Below are positions 38,101 through 54,025 of a stretch of DNA of 64,000 nucleotides, one piece after another (the stretch's first letter is position 1; each line of letters opens with the position of its first letter). Under the pieces are notes generated by a model. The model made no database searches, was not told the DNA's origin, and saw only the letters and a program-made list of their open reading frames with translations. Source of the stretch: Octopus vulgaris (lineage: Eukaryota); assembly GCA_951406725.2 (NCBI GenBank), contig OX597836.1, forward strand, positions 9,238,001 through 9,302,000, in the 5' to 3' direction. Both the position numbers and the translations under genes were made by a program.

Positions 38101-38757
38101 TAAAAAAAAATTATTAGAGGACAGGACAACAGACTCCACCAACCGAAGAGGCACCTTAAAGTGGAGGGGGGGAGTGAGATATTCTCTACAAACACACATA
38201 CACACACTTGGTTGGTACTGGCAATTGTAGTGTAGTAGTATAGTAGTATTAGTAGTAGTAATAATAGTAATAATCATATAATAATAATTAAAAATAACAG
38301 TAATAGTAGTAGTAATTTGTAGTGGAAGATGGTCAATTGTTGTTATCCATCATTTTATATAGAAACGAAGATAGTGGTGTACGTGTGTGTGCGTGATGGA
38401 GACGGTTGAGATAGATTGGCAGATGGAGAGAGAGAGACTTGGAGAGACATGTAGGAGGTTAGCAGATATAAAAGACATAGTAATAATAATAATAATAATA
38501 ATCACTGATAATGACAATAATAATAGTAGTAATAATAATAATCACAATCAGAAATCAGCAAATACTAATTAAAAAGAAGAGAAATCATTTAAACATGACA
38601 GAAAAAGGATAAGTCTGGTGATGGGAAAGAGGTGAAAAGGATTTTTCGTGTTTCATTTTTTTGTTGCTATACTTCACTGTGGTTTGGTGTTTTTCATTTT
38701 TCTCTTTTTCATCTTCTTTGATGTTGTTGTTGTTGTTGATGGTTGTTGTTCTTCTCT
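35120..38757 (-). other. Probable long AU-rich 3' UTR of PABP
   Basis: About 3.6 kb with no SINE or MITE, rich in A/U tracts. Minus-strand AATAAA hexamers at about 35126-35137, just before the first SINE. Confidence 0.5.
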
Positions 38758-40689
<1,932 letters not shown>

Positions 40690-41452
40690 TTAAGTTTGAG
40701 TTTTTTTGGGGGGGAAATATTTTTTTTTGTTCTCCTCTGCTGGCAATACAATGGCCTCCTAGGTGGGAGAGGTCGTCCTGCTTTCCAAGTGAGATAGCAA
40801 TGGTGGAAAACTAAATGGCGGAAGGAAACGGTGATTTCGCAAACCTCTCACCTACCTAAAATAAGCCTACCCGCTTATAGCCCCACAGTTCAAATTTTGC
40901 GAGTATTTTTCCTCAAATATAATCCAAATCAAATGAATTTCGTCAATATATTACATTTTAAAAACGTTCTTGATACTTTAAAACATAAAAACAGTATGGT
41001 TTGCTTGCATTTATGTATATTTTAGCATTTTATAACTTGAATAATGTCAGTGGTTATCATCCAGTTAAAGCAAGTTATAATTCAATTTTTAGTATTATAA
41101 ACAGTAAAATAGAAATAATAAAAAAATAGCAACGCTTAATTCGCATAAATATAGATTTTATATCGTTAAATGCAGATTAAACAAGCGGAAGAATTTTATA
41201 AGCGCTTAATTTTTTGCATCACCGCTAGCACGTGATTTGCTATTGTAATCAGTTAACGCCATGTAGTATAAAACGAAATCTCAATAAAATAACGATGACA
41301 CAAACATCTTTCAATAAAAATTTTAATTTAAATAATAAACAAACCTTATGACGCCTTCATTTTATAGTTTAGTCTTAAATATTTCAAGTCAAATTTCAGA
41401 TGAATTAGGTACTTGAGTGTGAGGCGGAAGGATATAGTCCACACACACACAC

Positions 41453-41482
41453 CTGCCGACCGTAGCACTCTCGTGAAAGAGG
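41453..41482 (-). promoter_or_regulatory. Probable non-coding first exon of PABP with TCT/5'-TOP start
   Basis: Minus strand reads GCCTCTTTCACGAGAGTGCTACGGTCGGCAG|GTGTGT. The matching acceptor actttcacAG| directly precedes the ATG, giving intron 40651-41452. Confidence 0.6.
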
Positions 41483-42698
41483 CGTATGAATTATACGAAA
41501 CGCAATAAACAACGGATTTCATCAGCAGACATTTTTCTCTCCCTTACTCCCTCTCTCTCTCTTATACGCTCACTTTCTCTTATGTACTTTCCCTCTCTGT
41601 CTTACTCGCACACTTTCTTCTTCCTTCACTCTCTCTCTCTATCTATGTATATTTCTGTTTGATAATCACTGTCTCTCGCTCAATCACATACTCTTTCTCT
41701 CTCTCTCTAACTCACAGTATTTCTGACGTATTCAGCCGCACACACAGACACATACATATAGGCGGCTCTAGCATCATACTCACACTATCTCATTTACACA
41801 CACACACACATATATATCTATATGCTCTTTAACACACACACATACATATTCCCTTTAGCAACACATTCACACACTCTGCTCTACACACACACACACGTCT
41901 TTCTATGTCTCAATCAAACATCTTAGCATTTTATGGAGGGACAACTTCCAGCTTTCCGAATTAAAATAAGATTTCTTTATGAAATTCCTACAGGAAAAAA
42001 AAAAACCTCTCATCTCTCACTCTCTCTTCCCTTAAATTAGTCATTCTACCTTATAATTAATTAACCATTTACTCACCTCATGTTATATATATATGTATTT
42101 CTTTTAAAAAAACAATTAAATAAATAATTAATTAAAGCCAATATGTTCTTTATTAACCACAATGTGAGAATTAAAACATTAAATTTTGGTATTTTGTAGA
42201 TACTGGAATTGAAATTAAACCGAAAACTTGTTCTGTGGTTGCTACAAACAAGGCAGAATGGTGATAATAATAATAATGTTAGCTAAACGTTCTGAAATAA
42301 ACCTCTGGAACTGGTTCAGGACGAAGGAATAGCTATTTAAATATATATTCTAAAATATATAAAATCATATTAAATTCATATGATGATGGTTTAAGGACGA
42401 ATTAGGACCGTTAGTAGTTTAAATTGCACAAGTTTCCAAACCATATGCTGCTATTTTATTATATATTTGAATTAAATATTTTTACGTTAAAATCCGTTAA
42501 ATATAAATTGGGTGTTGTGTGTTTTTAAAAGCATTTAAAAAAAAATAATTAATGATAATTGATAATGACAATAATTAAACAGTAAATGGTATTTAGTGGG
42601 AGATATACGGAAAGGAATTACGACTATTTCAAAAATATTCAATTTGTCTTTCCGTTATTCACGCATAAAATACGTTTATATATACATATATAAATATA

Positions 42699-42740
<42 letters not shown>

Positions 42741-42889
42741 ATACACGCTCTTAGATACAAAGTTAACGTGTATATTGATACATATACACATTAGATACAA
42801 ACTTGCATTTATATATATATGTATAATTACCTCTATATATAATTTATACACATGTTATTAGATGCAAACTCACATGTATGTATAATTAA

Positions 42890-42944
<55 letters not shown>

Positions 42945-43539
42945 GCGTGTGTGTATTAATTGGGTGTATTTTGTAAGCGTGCATCGGATTTTTGGTGGAT
43001 TCCAAAACTAAAATATTCCCAATTTTTTTCCCCACGTTGCTTATTTAAAAATAAAACAAAACGAAAAAAAAAAACAATAACGGTAAATATTAAAATACGG
43101 CATCATCCTATTATTATTATATTATTAAAAGAGTTTCATTCTCGTCTTTCGTAACATAATTTCTTCGAAAGGATGAACGAAATATTAATAACCATTTTTA
43201 CAGTGGTTCCATAGATCTAAATTTATAATGGAAAAAAAAATGTGTATATATATATATATATATATCTACATTTATATCTATAGTAGAATTAGCGTTTTAT
43301 ATTTATAGAGAATATATTTATCTATATTTACAGTAGAAAATATAAGTATATATATATTTCTATCTAAATTTATAGTAAGATGGTTATTAAAAGAAGGAAT
43401 CGCCACTTGGCGCTCTCTTCGTGTTGCCCTTGTCTTTCGGAAGAAACCACAGACTGCCTACTATATTTACCGCGCTTGTCAACAAGGAATAATATATGTC
43501 ATTCTACATAAGCAGCTGACGATTTGATGTAGTTAGAAA

Positions 43540-44790
43540 ATGACAAATTCTCCTCCGAAGTCTCAAATCATCTGTCAACCCCAACCGCTTTTTTAAAAAA
43601 GAAAAAAAAACGTGAACCCACAGTCAACGACTAAACATTCGGTGACAGTTGCTCCAGCTGGTTAAGTAGTAGCAGTGAGACACCCATAGACATCTGGCTG
43701 CTGCTGTCTTTTAAATTGGGTGATCAAATAAGCGAGGGAGAAGAACAAGAGAGGGGAAAATGCCCTTGTTATATAATCGCTCGACTTGTGAAAAGAAAAA
43801 AAAAAAGCTCCTTAAATTTCTCTCAAGATGCAAAACTATTGAGGGCAAGCCAAACTGGGATTGCGATTGCCTATGCTAGAAATAGCAGTCACTTGCACTG
43901 CTCGCAAATCACAAACTCTGCTGTCTTATATAACATCAGGATGCCTTTTGATAATGTAAATCTGGTGACAAATTCTTTTTTACATTTAACCAGGTCAACC
44001 ACATTTTTAAAAAATGTGAACCCATAAAACAACTCAAAGATTCTGTGCCGATTGCTCCACCTGGCCAACGGTAGCAGTCAGACACCCATTCACATTTAAC
44101 TGCTGCTCTCTTTGAATTGGGTGAACTCAAACCTGAAAGAGACAGAGGGAATAGACCCGCCTTGCATAAAATGCTTGACATATTTCAAATAAGTAAATGA
44201 AAACAGCTTAAATTTCCCTCAAGAAGGAAACGTTTTGAGGGCGAGGCAAAAAGCAGTCTCTGTGTAGTTTAAATATTAGCTGAGAACTGATTTTCTATGG
44301 TAATGTTTAAACAAAATTTTAATATTTTTACCTTTTGCTCAGTTTACCTGGATTTACCTGTAATTAGAGTCACTTTGAGACAAAAATTATGCAATGGAAT
44401 TGATTAAGAACCCTTCAATTATGTTCCAAATATCACATTAATATGTTGATAAGTAAAAAAGTTAGAGTTCTTTAATGAAACTAGTCTAAATTCATGATTA
44501 TTTTAGAATTTAATTGAAACTCATGAGGGGTGTTTTTTGGTCAGAAATATAGTAACGAAAGGGTTAACCTGTTAGAAACACTAGTCATATGCGATGCTCT
44601 CAAAGTGTTAAATAATGTCAGGACACCTCAGATAACATAATCCTGGGGATAAATGTTCTTCAACATCTAATCATGTTAATTGCTTTTTAAGAAATGCAAA
44701 CCCGTAAACAAGAACTAATTACTCTGTGGCAGTTGCTCCAGCTGGCCAATTGTAGTAGTCAGGTACCCATTTGCATCAGGTTGCTACCTT
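43540..44790. repeat. Diverged local repeat: two copies of about 300 bp plus a partial third
   Basis: Shared blocks GTGAACCCA, TTGCTCCA(G/C)CTGG, AGCAGT.AGACACCCAT, CTGCTGCT, AATTGGGTGA and CTTAAATTTC.CTCAAGA..TTGAGGGC at about 43610-43850, 44015-44245 and (partial) 44695-44790. Confidence 0.75.
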
Positions 44791-47554
44791 AGCAGTCCAG
44801 AAAAGCGGTGAGCTGGCAGAAACGTGAGCATGCCGGACGAAATGCTTTGCGGTATTTCGTCTGCCGTTACGTTCTGAGTTCAAATTCCACCGAGGTCGAC
44901 TTTGCCTTTCATCCTTTCGGGGTCGATAAATTAAGTACCAGTTACACACTGGGGTCGATGCAATTGACTAAATCCGTTTGTCTGTCCTTGTTTGTCCCCT
45001 CTATGTTTAGCCCCTTGTGGGCAATAAAAAAAATTTTTTAGATAACCTTAGCAGTCCAGGAACATTTCTTTCTACTATAGGCATCAAGGCCTGAAATTTT
45101 GAGGGAATAGGGTTAGTTGATTACATCAACCCCAGTGCATAACTGGTATTTATTTCAAGGTGGTGAGCTAGCAGAGTTGTTAGCGCACCGGGGGAAATGC
45201 TTTGCGCTATTTCGTCTGCCGCTACATTCTGAGTTCAAATTCCGCCGAGATCAACTTTGTCTTTCATCCTTTCGGGGTCGATTAAATAAGTACCAGTTAC
45301 GCACTGGGGTCAATATGATCGACTTAATCCATTTGTCTGTCCTTGTTTGTCCTCTCTGTGTTTAGCCCCTTGTGGGTAGTAAAGAAATAGGTATTTATTT
45401 CATCAATCTTGAAGGGATGAAACTCAACCTCAGCAGAGTTTGAACTCAGAATGTAAAGACACTTGAAATGTCGCTAGCATTTTGTCCATCGTGTTTACAA
45501 CTCTGTCAGCTCACAGACTCACTTGCACTTGATATGAGCTTCAAATTTTGGCTCGGGGTCAGCAATTTCTGGAGAAGGGCTCAGTCGATTACTGCAACCT
45601 CAGTGCTCAACGGATACTTATTTTCTTGACCCAGAAAGGATAACAGGCAAAGTTGACCTGAGGTGGAATTTGAACTCGCAATACTGGCTTCAAATTTTGG
45701 CACACACAATGAAATAGTCATTGGTATATACCATGCCAGTGGCACATAAAAAGTGTTTCTACAGCTGGATGCCCTTCCTAATGCCAACCACTCCGTGAGT
45801 GTAGTGGGTGTTTTTTACGTGACACTGGCACAGGAGCCAGAGCAGGCTGGCAGACAGCCACGATCAGTTGGTGCTTTTATGTGTCACCGACACGGACGCC
45901 AGTCAGGCGGTGCTGGCATCTGCCACGTTCAGATGGTGCCTTTTTACGTGTCAACGGCACAGGTGTCATCAATTTGGAGGAGGCCTTTGGCAACATCCCT
46001 CCCTGTGATCTGGTGGTCCTGAAGGAAACTAGAAGTAAATGAAGGGATCCTGATGGTCATACAACCTATGTACAGAGGAGCAGTTGATCAACTAGGAGAA
46101 AGTAATTAGTTCAGCAATAGATTTAATGTGCATGTAGGGATTCATCAGAGTTTAGTGCTTATCCACCTCTTGTTTATTACACTGGGTAACATGATTTTTG
46201 TCCTTGGGTAGCAAGTGTTATTTCCTGTTTGCTTACCCCTAGGAAGTTTGAAAGTGCTGTATTGCTCATTCGACATACAATATATCAGGAAAATAAATAA
46301 CATCCTCGCAAATCGTTTTATTCAAGATACACAATACTTGTAATTACTCGACAATACGCAACTCTCGGCTTTACACAGCTCATCAGCTCCCTTCACACTC
46401 TCTACACTTGTCCATTTAGATTGTGGCTCAGTCCATTAGCAGCCAACCAAATAGGGGTGTTCTACTTCCACACAACAGAAAGGATAGCTAATATTTCCTT
46501 CAAACTTTGTGTTACAATATTTATTCAAACCCCAGAGAGTCCTTCTCAACACATGGCTATCATACTCCCCCCACTGCTCCTGCTTATGATCAGAGATGCA
46601 CATATTGCCAGCCACAAAGGGACATGTTTAAGGTCAAGTAACTGACAAGCGAATCTGTTGTATTGAGCAGAATATTTGCAATAATGATAGTCCTGCTTCA
46701 GCAACTTGGTGCTGAATCTATCTGAAATGGAATGAAAAATGGGTTGGTTTCAAAACATTGATGTCCAGGTCACAAAAGCAAATAAGAAATGACACTTATT
46801 GATCAAAGACAAAAAAAAAGGTATAGGCATAGGAGTGGCTGTGTGGTAAGTAGCTTGCTTATGAACCACATGGTTCCGGGTTCAGTCTCACTGTGTGGCA
46901 CCTTGGGCAAGTGTCTTCTACTATAGCCTCGGGCTGACCAAAGCCTTGTGAGTGGATTTGTTAGACGGAAACTGAAAGAAGCCCGTTGTATATATGTATA
47001 TATATATATGTGTGTGTGTATATATGTTTGTGTGTCTGTGTTTGTCCCTCCAACATCACTTGACAACTGATGCTGGTGTGTTTATGTCCCTGTAACTTAG
47101 CGGTTCGGCAAAAGAGACCAATAGAATAAGTACTAGGCTTACAAAGAATAAGTCCCAGTTCACTTATATACGCTTCCCTCATCTTCTCCTTTCTCTGAGG
47201 TAGCCATATATCTTCTTTACTGCAAGATATTCATTTCTGTCCCCTCCACACACATTCCTCAAATCTGGCACAAAGCAACCTTCCTAAATACTATTTCCTC
47301 CTTCAGTTGAGCGGGTTTGTCTCGTAAATTATTTAGTGCCCTCATTGCTGTGCTAGTTCCACATTAAAAGCACCCACTCCATTCTTAAAATGGTTGGTGT
47401 TCAGGCCTGCAGCTGTAGAAGCCATGCCCAAGCTAACAGTAGAGCTTGGGGCCGTCTTCTAACTTGTCAGTTCCTATGGAACCATCCAACTTACACTTGC
47501 GTAGAAAATGGAAATTGAATTATGATAATAATGATGTACAAACACACACAGTTA

Positions 47555-47855
47555 GGGCATTCAGCTCATGATCGTAAGGTCATGAGTTCGATTCCTGGCG
47601 ACGCGTTGTGTCCTTGAGCAGGACACTTTATTTCATGTTGCTCCAATCCACTCAGCTAGCAAAAATGAGTAGTACCTGTATTTCAAAGGGCCGGCCTTGT
47701 CACACTCTGTGTCATGCTGAATCTCCCTGAGAACTATATTAAAGGTATACGTGTTTGTGGAGTGCTCAGCCACTTGTGTGTTAATTTCACGAGCAAGCTG
47801 TTCTATTGATTGTATCAGCTGGGACCCTCATTGTTGTAACTGACAGGGTGCTCCA
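47555..47855 (+). mobile_element. tRNA-derived SINE family D (related copies at 20140-20400-, 57250-57680- twice, 61270-61470+)
   Basis: B box GAGTTCGATTCC followed by GTGTCCTTGAGCAGGACACTTTA core. Confidence 0.6.
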
Positions 47856-48489
47856 AAAAAAAGAAGAAAAAAAACACGCACACACATACACACATGGTTC
47901 AAAATTGTACAAAAATAATTAAAAACTGGAACAGGTGAGGGAATAACAAACAAGGTGTATAAGTTTGATGCTCAGGCAAAAAGGGAAAAGTCTTTGACAT
48001 TTTGAGCCTATGCTCTTTGTCAGAGAGGAATGAAGAAAACAGATGGAGTGAAAAAAGAGAGAAAGAATATGCAGGAGTGGCTGTGTGGTAAGAAGCTTGC
48101 TTACCAACCTCATGGTTCTGGGTTCAGTCCCACTGTGTGGCACCCTGGGCAAATGTCTTCTACTATAGCCTTGGGCTGACCAAAGCCTTGTGAGTGGATT
48201 TGGGAGACGGAAACTGAAAGAAGCCCGTCGTATATATATGTATTATATCTATATATATATGTGTGTGTGTATATGTTTGTCCCCCCAACATTGCTTGACA
48301 GCCGATGCTGGTGTGTTTACGTCCCTGTATCTTAGTGGTTCGGCAAAAGCAACCGATAGAATAAGTACTAGGCTTACAAAGAATAAGTCCTTGGGTAGAT
48401 TTGTTCGACTAAAGGTGGTGCTCCAGCATGGCCGCAGTCAAATGACTGAAACAAATAAAAGAGAGTAAAAGAGTATAATGTGACCGCGT

Positions 48490-48662
48490 GCGATTTTTTT
48501 CCCTCTGTCTTCCCTTCTCTGGATCTTTCCGACGAAGAGCTCCGCTCGAAACGTTAAACCCTCCTTCTTCCCTTCTTTCCTGAGCGTCCAATAATACTAT
48601 ATTTGTTCCACGTCCTCGCGTTGTTGTGTTTTCTCTTTGTGTTTTCACGTTTGGATTAACTT
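48490..48662 (+). mobile_element. Penelope-like pseudo-LTR fragment with minimal hammerhead-like core; inverted degenerate copy at about 47930-48065
   Basis: CCGACGAAGAGCTCCGCTCGAAACGTT at 48529-48555; the minus copy reads CTGACAAAGAGCATAGGCTCAAAAATGTC. Confidence 0.5.
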
Positions 48663-48759
48663 TATATATATACCTAGGTGTATATATATACACACACACA
48701 TATACTACAAGGTGTTTGGGTTGAATTTGATTTATTTTTATGTCTGTTTTCTCCCAGGA

Positions 48760-49700
48760 ATGGCTGGATGCATTGATGGCACTGCAGATAACCTGTACCG
48801 TGATGATTCACACCAGATATCCAAACACTGACATGATGACTGCTGTTCAATGCTCTGTGAACAATGTAAAAACTGTAAGACATGACATGGACAGTTGCAA
48901 TGGGAACTAAGAAGCCATGGCCAGCGGGAATGTATTTTGGCAGCTGTGTCCCTTCCTGCATGCCTGAATTCATCAGACATCTACAGGGCAAGGTGATAGA
49001 CAATTCAAGCAAGGGAATCTAGGCCTTGGTGAGAGAGATGGATGTAGGGAGTCACCAACATGAAGCTGGTCCTGAACGAGAAGCTTCAGTACTGCTTGTA
49101 CAAGAGGTGCAAGGGACAAATTCTGACAGCCAAGGCTAAGGATAATGGTTTGATGAAGGCAAAGGAACTCCTGAACAAGCTGAGGCACTCTTTTGAGCCA
49201 AGGATAATCTGGTTTTTCTAAGATGAAAGGACCAGTTGCATAACACCCACAACAGGTGGTGCGGCGGCTTGCCTATAATCCATGTGATGTCCCACATATG
49301 AAAGCCAAGTTGATGATCTTTGTGTGTGTCAGTCTCTAGTGAGGCAGATGTCATGCCTTCTCACATATTTGAACAGGGCCTTGGGCTCAGTTCAGAGATC
49401 TATGTGAAGCTGGTGGAGACTATGATCAAAGCTTGGCTGGAGAGGGTTGCAGCTGGATGGTCATATGTGTGGCAGAAGGATTCAGCTCTTGCCATACCCC
49501 CAGAAGCAGCCAGAAGTAATTCTTGGAGAATTTCTGTGACTTCAATCGACCCCGAATTCCTCCAATTCTAATCCCATGGATTACTATGTGTGCAACGCAG
49601 TTAAGCGGCACCAACTGCTCTGCCTGCAACACCAAGGCAAAGCTGGTGTTCGAAGATCCTCCCAGTCCTCAAGGAGAGACACTGAGTGTGACAAGGTTGA
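48760..49700 (+). pseudogene. Degenerate Tc1/mariner-type transposase
   Basis: VSSEADVMPSHIFEQGL...YVKLVETMIKAW...YVWQKDSA (QQD-like) and LNPMDY-like motif; many stops and frameshifts. Confidence 0.6.
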
Positions 49701-50199
49701 CCCTTTGAAACACACGTACAACTAACTTTTGCCAGCTCAGTGGACTGGAACATTGTGAAATAAAATGTCTTGCTCAAGAACATAATGTACGGTCAGCAAT
49801 TCACAAGTTGAATCCCATACCCCAATCACTAAGCCCTGGGAATTCACACACATGTATCATCATTTAACATGTTGCTATGCTGGCATGGGATGTTTTGACT
49901 GGGGTTACATTAGGTTCTATTTGTCTATTTTGACCCATCATCATCACATATATATATATATATTTAGGGCGGTGAGCTGGCAGAAGCGTTAGCACGCCGG
50001 GCAAAATGCGTAGCCGTTATGTTCTGAGTTCAAATTTCGCCGAGGTCGACTTTGCCTATCATCCTTTCGGGGTCGATAAATTAAGTACCAGTTTCGCACT
50101 GGGGTTGATGTAATCGACTTAATCCCTTTGTCTGTCCTTGTGGGCAATAAAGAAATATATATATATATATATATATATCTTCTTGATATAAATTTGAGT

Positions 50200-50560
50200 G
50201 AGGTTTCTCTGTCCGTGAGATGACTAGATGTGCTTGAGATGAGATGTCTGAGGGCTATGGTTGGTGTGACATGGATGGACAGGCTGAGGAATGCGGAGGT
50301 GCAAAGACAAGCAGGAATGAGAGAAAAACTAGCAGACAAACTGGATAGATGAATGTTGAGGTGGTTTGATAATGTGGAGAGGATAGATGAGTAGCAGATG
50401 GAGAGAGTGATGAAGGCAGCAGAACCAGAGGCAGACCTTGGTTTGGGTGAACGGATGGAGTGAGGAAAGCTTTGATGGTTAGAAGTGCTGGAGTGAGAGA
50501 GGCAAGTGAGTTTATAAATGATAGGAAAGCTTTGAGAGTGTTTATGGATGGAGGAGGGAA
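50200..50560 (+). pseudogene. RTE-like LINE 3' fragment
   Basis: LEMRCLRAMVGVTWMDRLRNAEV...LRWFDNVER with in-frame stops. Confidence 0.6.
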
Positions 50561-51876
50561 TTTTGATGTCGCTCAAAGGGGTATGGACCCAGCATGATGC
50601 AGAGGGGGTAAACCAGCAATGACAATGAATCTCATACCATGAACTTCCAGAGAGTATTGTAAGGAGGTTCAATTTGTGAAGGGCCACTTAAATGGGGCCA
50701 CACTATTTTTACTGTATTACCTAGCTCCTACACTTATTGATTAAACTACGATCAGTATCAGTGCTTAGCACATTTGCAGAAATAAGTTTCGTTACAGAAG
50801 GGTAGAGGGCTGTGAAGTGGCCCGATAGTGGGGCTGAAGGCCTCAAAAGTACCCTCTGCAGGATCTAGCCTGAATGCTGCCTTCAAGACTAGTATATATA
50901 TATGTGCACATACATACATCATCATCATTTAACATCCATCTTCCACACATGCATGGATAGGATGGTTCACAGGAGTTGGCCAAGTAGAAAAACTACTCTA
51001 TGCCACTCTGTCTGTTCTGGCAGAGTTTTAACGGTTGGATGACCTTCCTAACACCAACCACTTTGCAGATATATATATATCATCATCGTTTAACGTCTGT
51101 TTTCCATGCTAGCAGGGGTTGGACGGTTCGACCGGGGTCTGGGAAGCCAGGAGGCTGCACCAGGCTCCAGTTTAATCTGGCAGTGTTTCTACAGCTGGAT
51201 GCCCTTCCTAACACCAACCACTTCGTGAGTGTAGTGGGTGCTTTTTATGTGCCACCGGCACAGGTGCCAGAGGAGGCTTGCAATGGCCACGATCGGTTGG
51301 TGCTTATATATATATATATATACACACACATGCATATATATCTATGTGTTTGTGTCTTTGTCTGTCTCTCCATCAATGCTTAAGAACCGGTGTTGGTTTG
51401 TTTACATCCACATAACTTAGAAGTCTGGCAAAAGAGACCAACTGAATAATCAGGCCAAAAAATAAAAAAAATAAGAAGTACTGGGGTTGTTTCTTGAAGG
51501 CAGTGCTCCAGCATGACCACAGTCTAATGACTGAAATATGTAAAAGATAAATAAAGAAAAGAAACCAAAGTCAATAAGAAAAATAAAAAAAAGAAGCAAA
51601 TAGAAATCAACATGTCTGAGAATACATGTGTTTTATTTTACAATAGCATTTAGAAGAAGAGAGAGAATAAAAAAGGCCATTTACAGAGAAGAAAAATGAT
51701 TTTTTTTAAAGCCCTGACATTGTTTTTATAAATTTATTCAGTTTGATTTCATCTTGAATTTTCCTCAAAACGGGGTTAATTTTCTTAAAAAAAAAATAAA
51801 AAAAAATCCAAGGGAAAAGATGCAGAGACAAATGTATAAAATAACTGGAGCTGTCTGGGAGTGTTCTTTGCCAGAT

Positions 51877-51920
51877 TTATTGGTAGTAGAGTTCTAGGTT
51901 CATGCCATCATGGATTTCAT
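51877..51920 (-). CDS. UBL5: Ubiquitin-like protein 5, terminal coding exon
   Basis: EIHDGMNLELYYQ* with the UBL5 di-tyrosine terminus; total 73 aa. Minus-strand AATAAA at about 51632 and 51733. Confidence 0.96.
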
Positions 51921-51975
51921 CTGAAACATCAGAGTCAAGGATGCAAAAGACTATGAAGAGGAGAAAGAGAATAAA

Positions 51976-52007
<32 letters not shown>

Positions 52008-52120
52008 ACCAACCTCATGGTTCCGGGTTCATCCCACTGCGTATCTTGGGCAAGTGTCTTCTGCTATAACCAATGCCTTGTGAGTGGATTTGGTAGACGG
52101 AAACTGAAAGAAGCCTGTCG

Positions 52121-52177
<57 letters not shown>

Positions 52178-52378
52178 ATATGTTTGTGTGTCTGTGTTTG
52201 TCCCCCTAGCATTGCTTGACAACCGATGCTGGTGTGTTTACGTCCCGTTAGCGGTTCGGCAAAACAGACCGATAGAATAAATACTGGGCTTACAAAGAAT
52301 AAGTCCCGGGTCGATTTGCTCGACTGAAGGCGTTGCTCGCATGGCCGCAGTCAAATGACTGAAACAAGTAAAAGAGTA

Positions 52379-53013
52379 ATATAAAGCTGAAGTTGTCTGT
52401 GTGTGGCAGGTTTGGTAGGCTTCAACTAACATTTATTTCTTTACTGTCCACAAGGGGCTAAACACAGAGAGGACAAACAAGGACAGACAAACGGATCAAG
52501 TCAGTTATATCGACCCCAGTGCGTAACTGGTACTTAATTTATCGACCCCGAAAGGATGAAAGGCAAAGTCGACCTCGGCGGAATTTGAACACAGAACGTA
52601 ACGGCAGACGAAATACTGCTAAGCATTTCGCCCGGCGTGCTAACGTTTCTGACAGCTCGTCGCCTTCAATTAATACTATTTTCTCCGAGACCCTGCGGTG
52701 CAGGTTGACTAAAAATTGAGAGTATGATAGAAGAACGCTTGCTCTTCCTTCCATAGAAGAAAAATTCAAATTGGACCATGTGAAGACCAAAAATTATTTA
52801 CATCAAAAAGGTGCTTTTTTTCTATGAAAATCCCTATTTTTTACGATATTTTTGACTGCTGTGTCGCCATTTTTCGGTGTATTTCAACCAGAAAAATGTT
52901 CACTTAAAGAGAATAACAAGCTACATAATGCAAAATTTTTTACTTTTCAAAAATTCCAATTCTAAAGGGTCGGAAAGAAAACAAGCCCGAGCAATGCTGG
53001 GCTATACTGCTAG
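52379..53013 (+). mobile_element. Non-autonomous Helitron-like element, copy 2, interrupted by a SINE (about 52433-52670)
   Basis: Hairpin GCCCGAGCAATGCTGGGC (52985-53002) followed by CTAG|T. Colinear with copy 1 apart from the SINE. Confidence 0.72.
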
Positions 53014-54025
53014 TAACTATAATATTTGTTTGTAGTAAGGTGGCAAGCTGGCAGAATCATTACTGCATCGGAAAAGATGCTAGGCAGCATTTATTCTGAC
53101 CGTATGTTCTGAGTTCAAATGCTGCCAGGGTTGGTTTTGCTTTCCATCTTTCCAGGCTTGATAGAATAATTACCAGTTGAGCACTGGGGTCGATGTAATT
53201 GACTTATAACCTTCTTCACAATTGGTGGCCTTGTACCAAAATTTTAAAAACCCAAACTTCTTTGAGGGAGGGGTGTTAGTTGATACTATCGGTCTTAGTA
53301 CTTGAGTGGTACTTTACGTTATTGACCCTGGAAGGATAAAAAATAAAGCCAACACTCGCAAGGTTTGAACACAGAACGTAAAGAGCCCACGACTATAGTA
53401 GAAGACACTTGCCAAAGGTGTCACACAGTGGGACTGAACCCAGAACCTTGTGGTTGGGAAGTAGACTCTTTATATTATTTCCAAGACAGCAAGGTGGCTG
53501 AGTCATTAGAGCGTCAGATACAATGTGTAGAGGAATTTTTTCTGAATCTTTACGTTTTAAGTTCAACCCTAGCACTCAACTGGTACTTGTTTTATCAACT
53601 CGAAAAGGATGAAAAGTAATGTTATCTCAGTGGGATTTGACCAAATCCTTGTGAGAGGATTTAGCAGACGGAAACTGAAAGGAGCCCATCACGGGTGCGT
53701 GTGTGTGCATGTATCAGTGTTTGTCTCTTGACCAACTGCTTGACAACCAGTGTTGGTGTGTTTACATCCCTCATATCTTAACAGATCGGCAAAAGAGACC
53801 AATAGAATAAGTACCAGGCTTAAAAGGAAGTGAGTACTGGGGTTGATTCATTTGACTAAAAATTCTTCAAAACGTGGTGCCCCAGCATGGCCACAATCTA
53901 ATGGCTGAAATAAGTAAAAGATAAAAGAATAAGCTTTTATTTGTGTTTTTGTAGAGGGTCAGCAAACAATCAGTGATTAGGTAAATTGGAAAAAGTTGAT
54001 TTTTTTTTTGGACATTTTTGTAATA

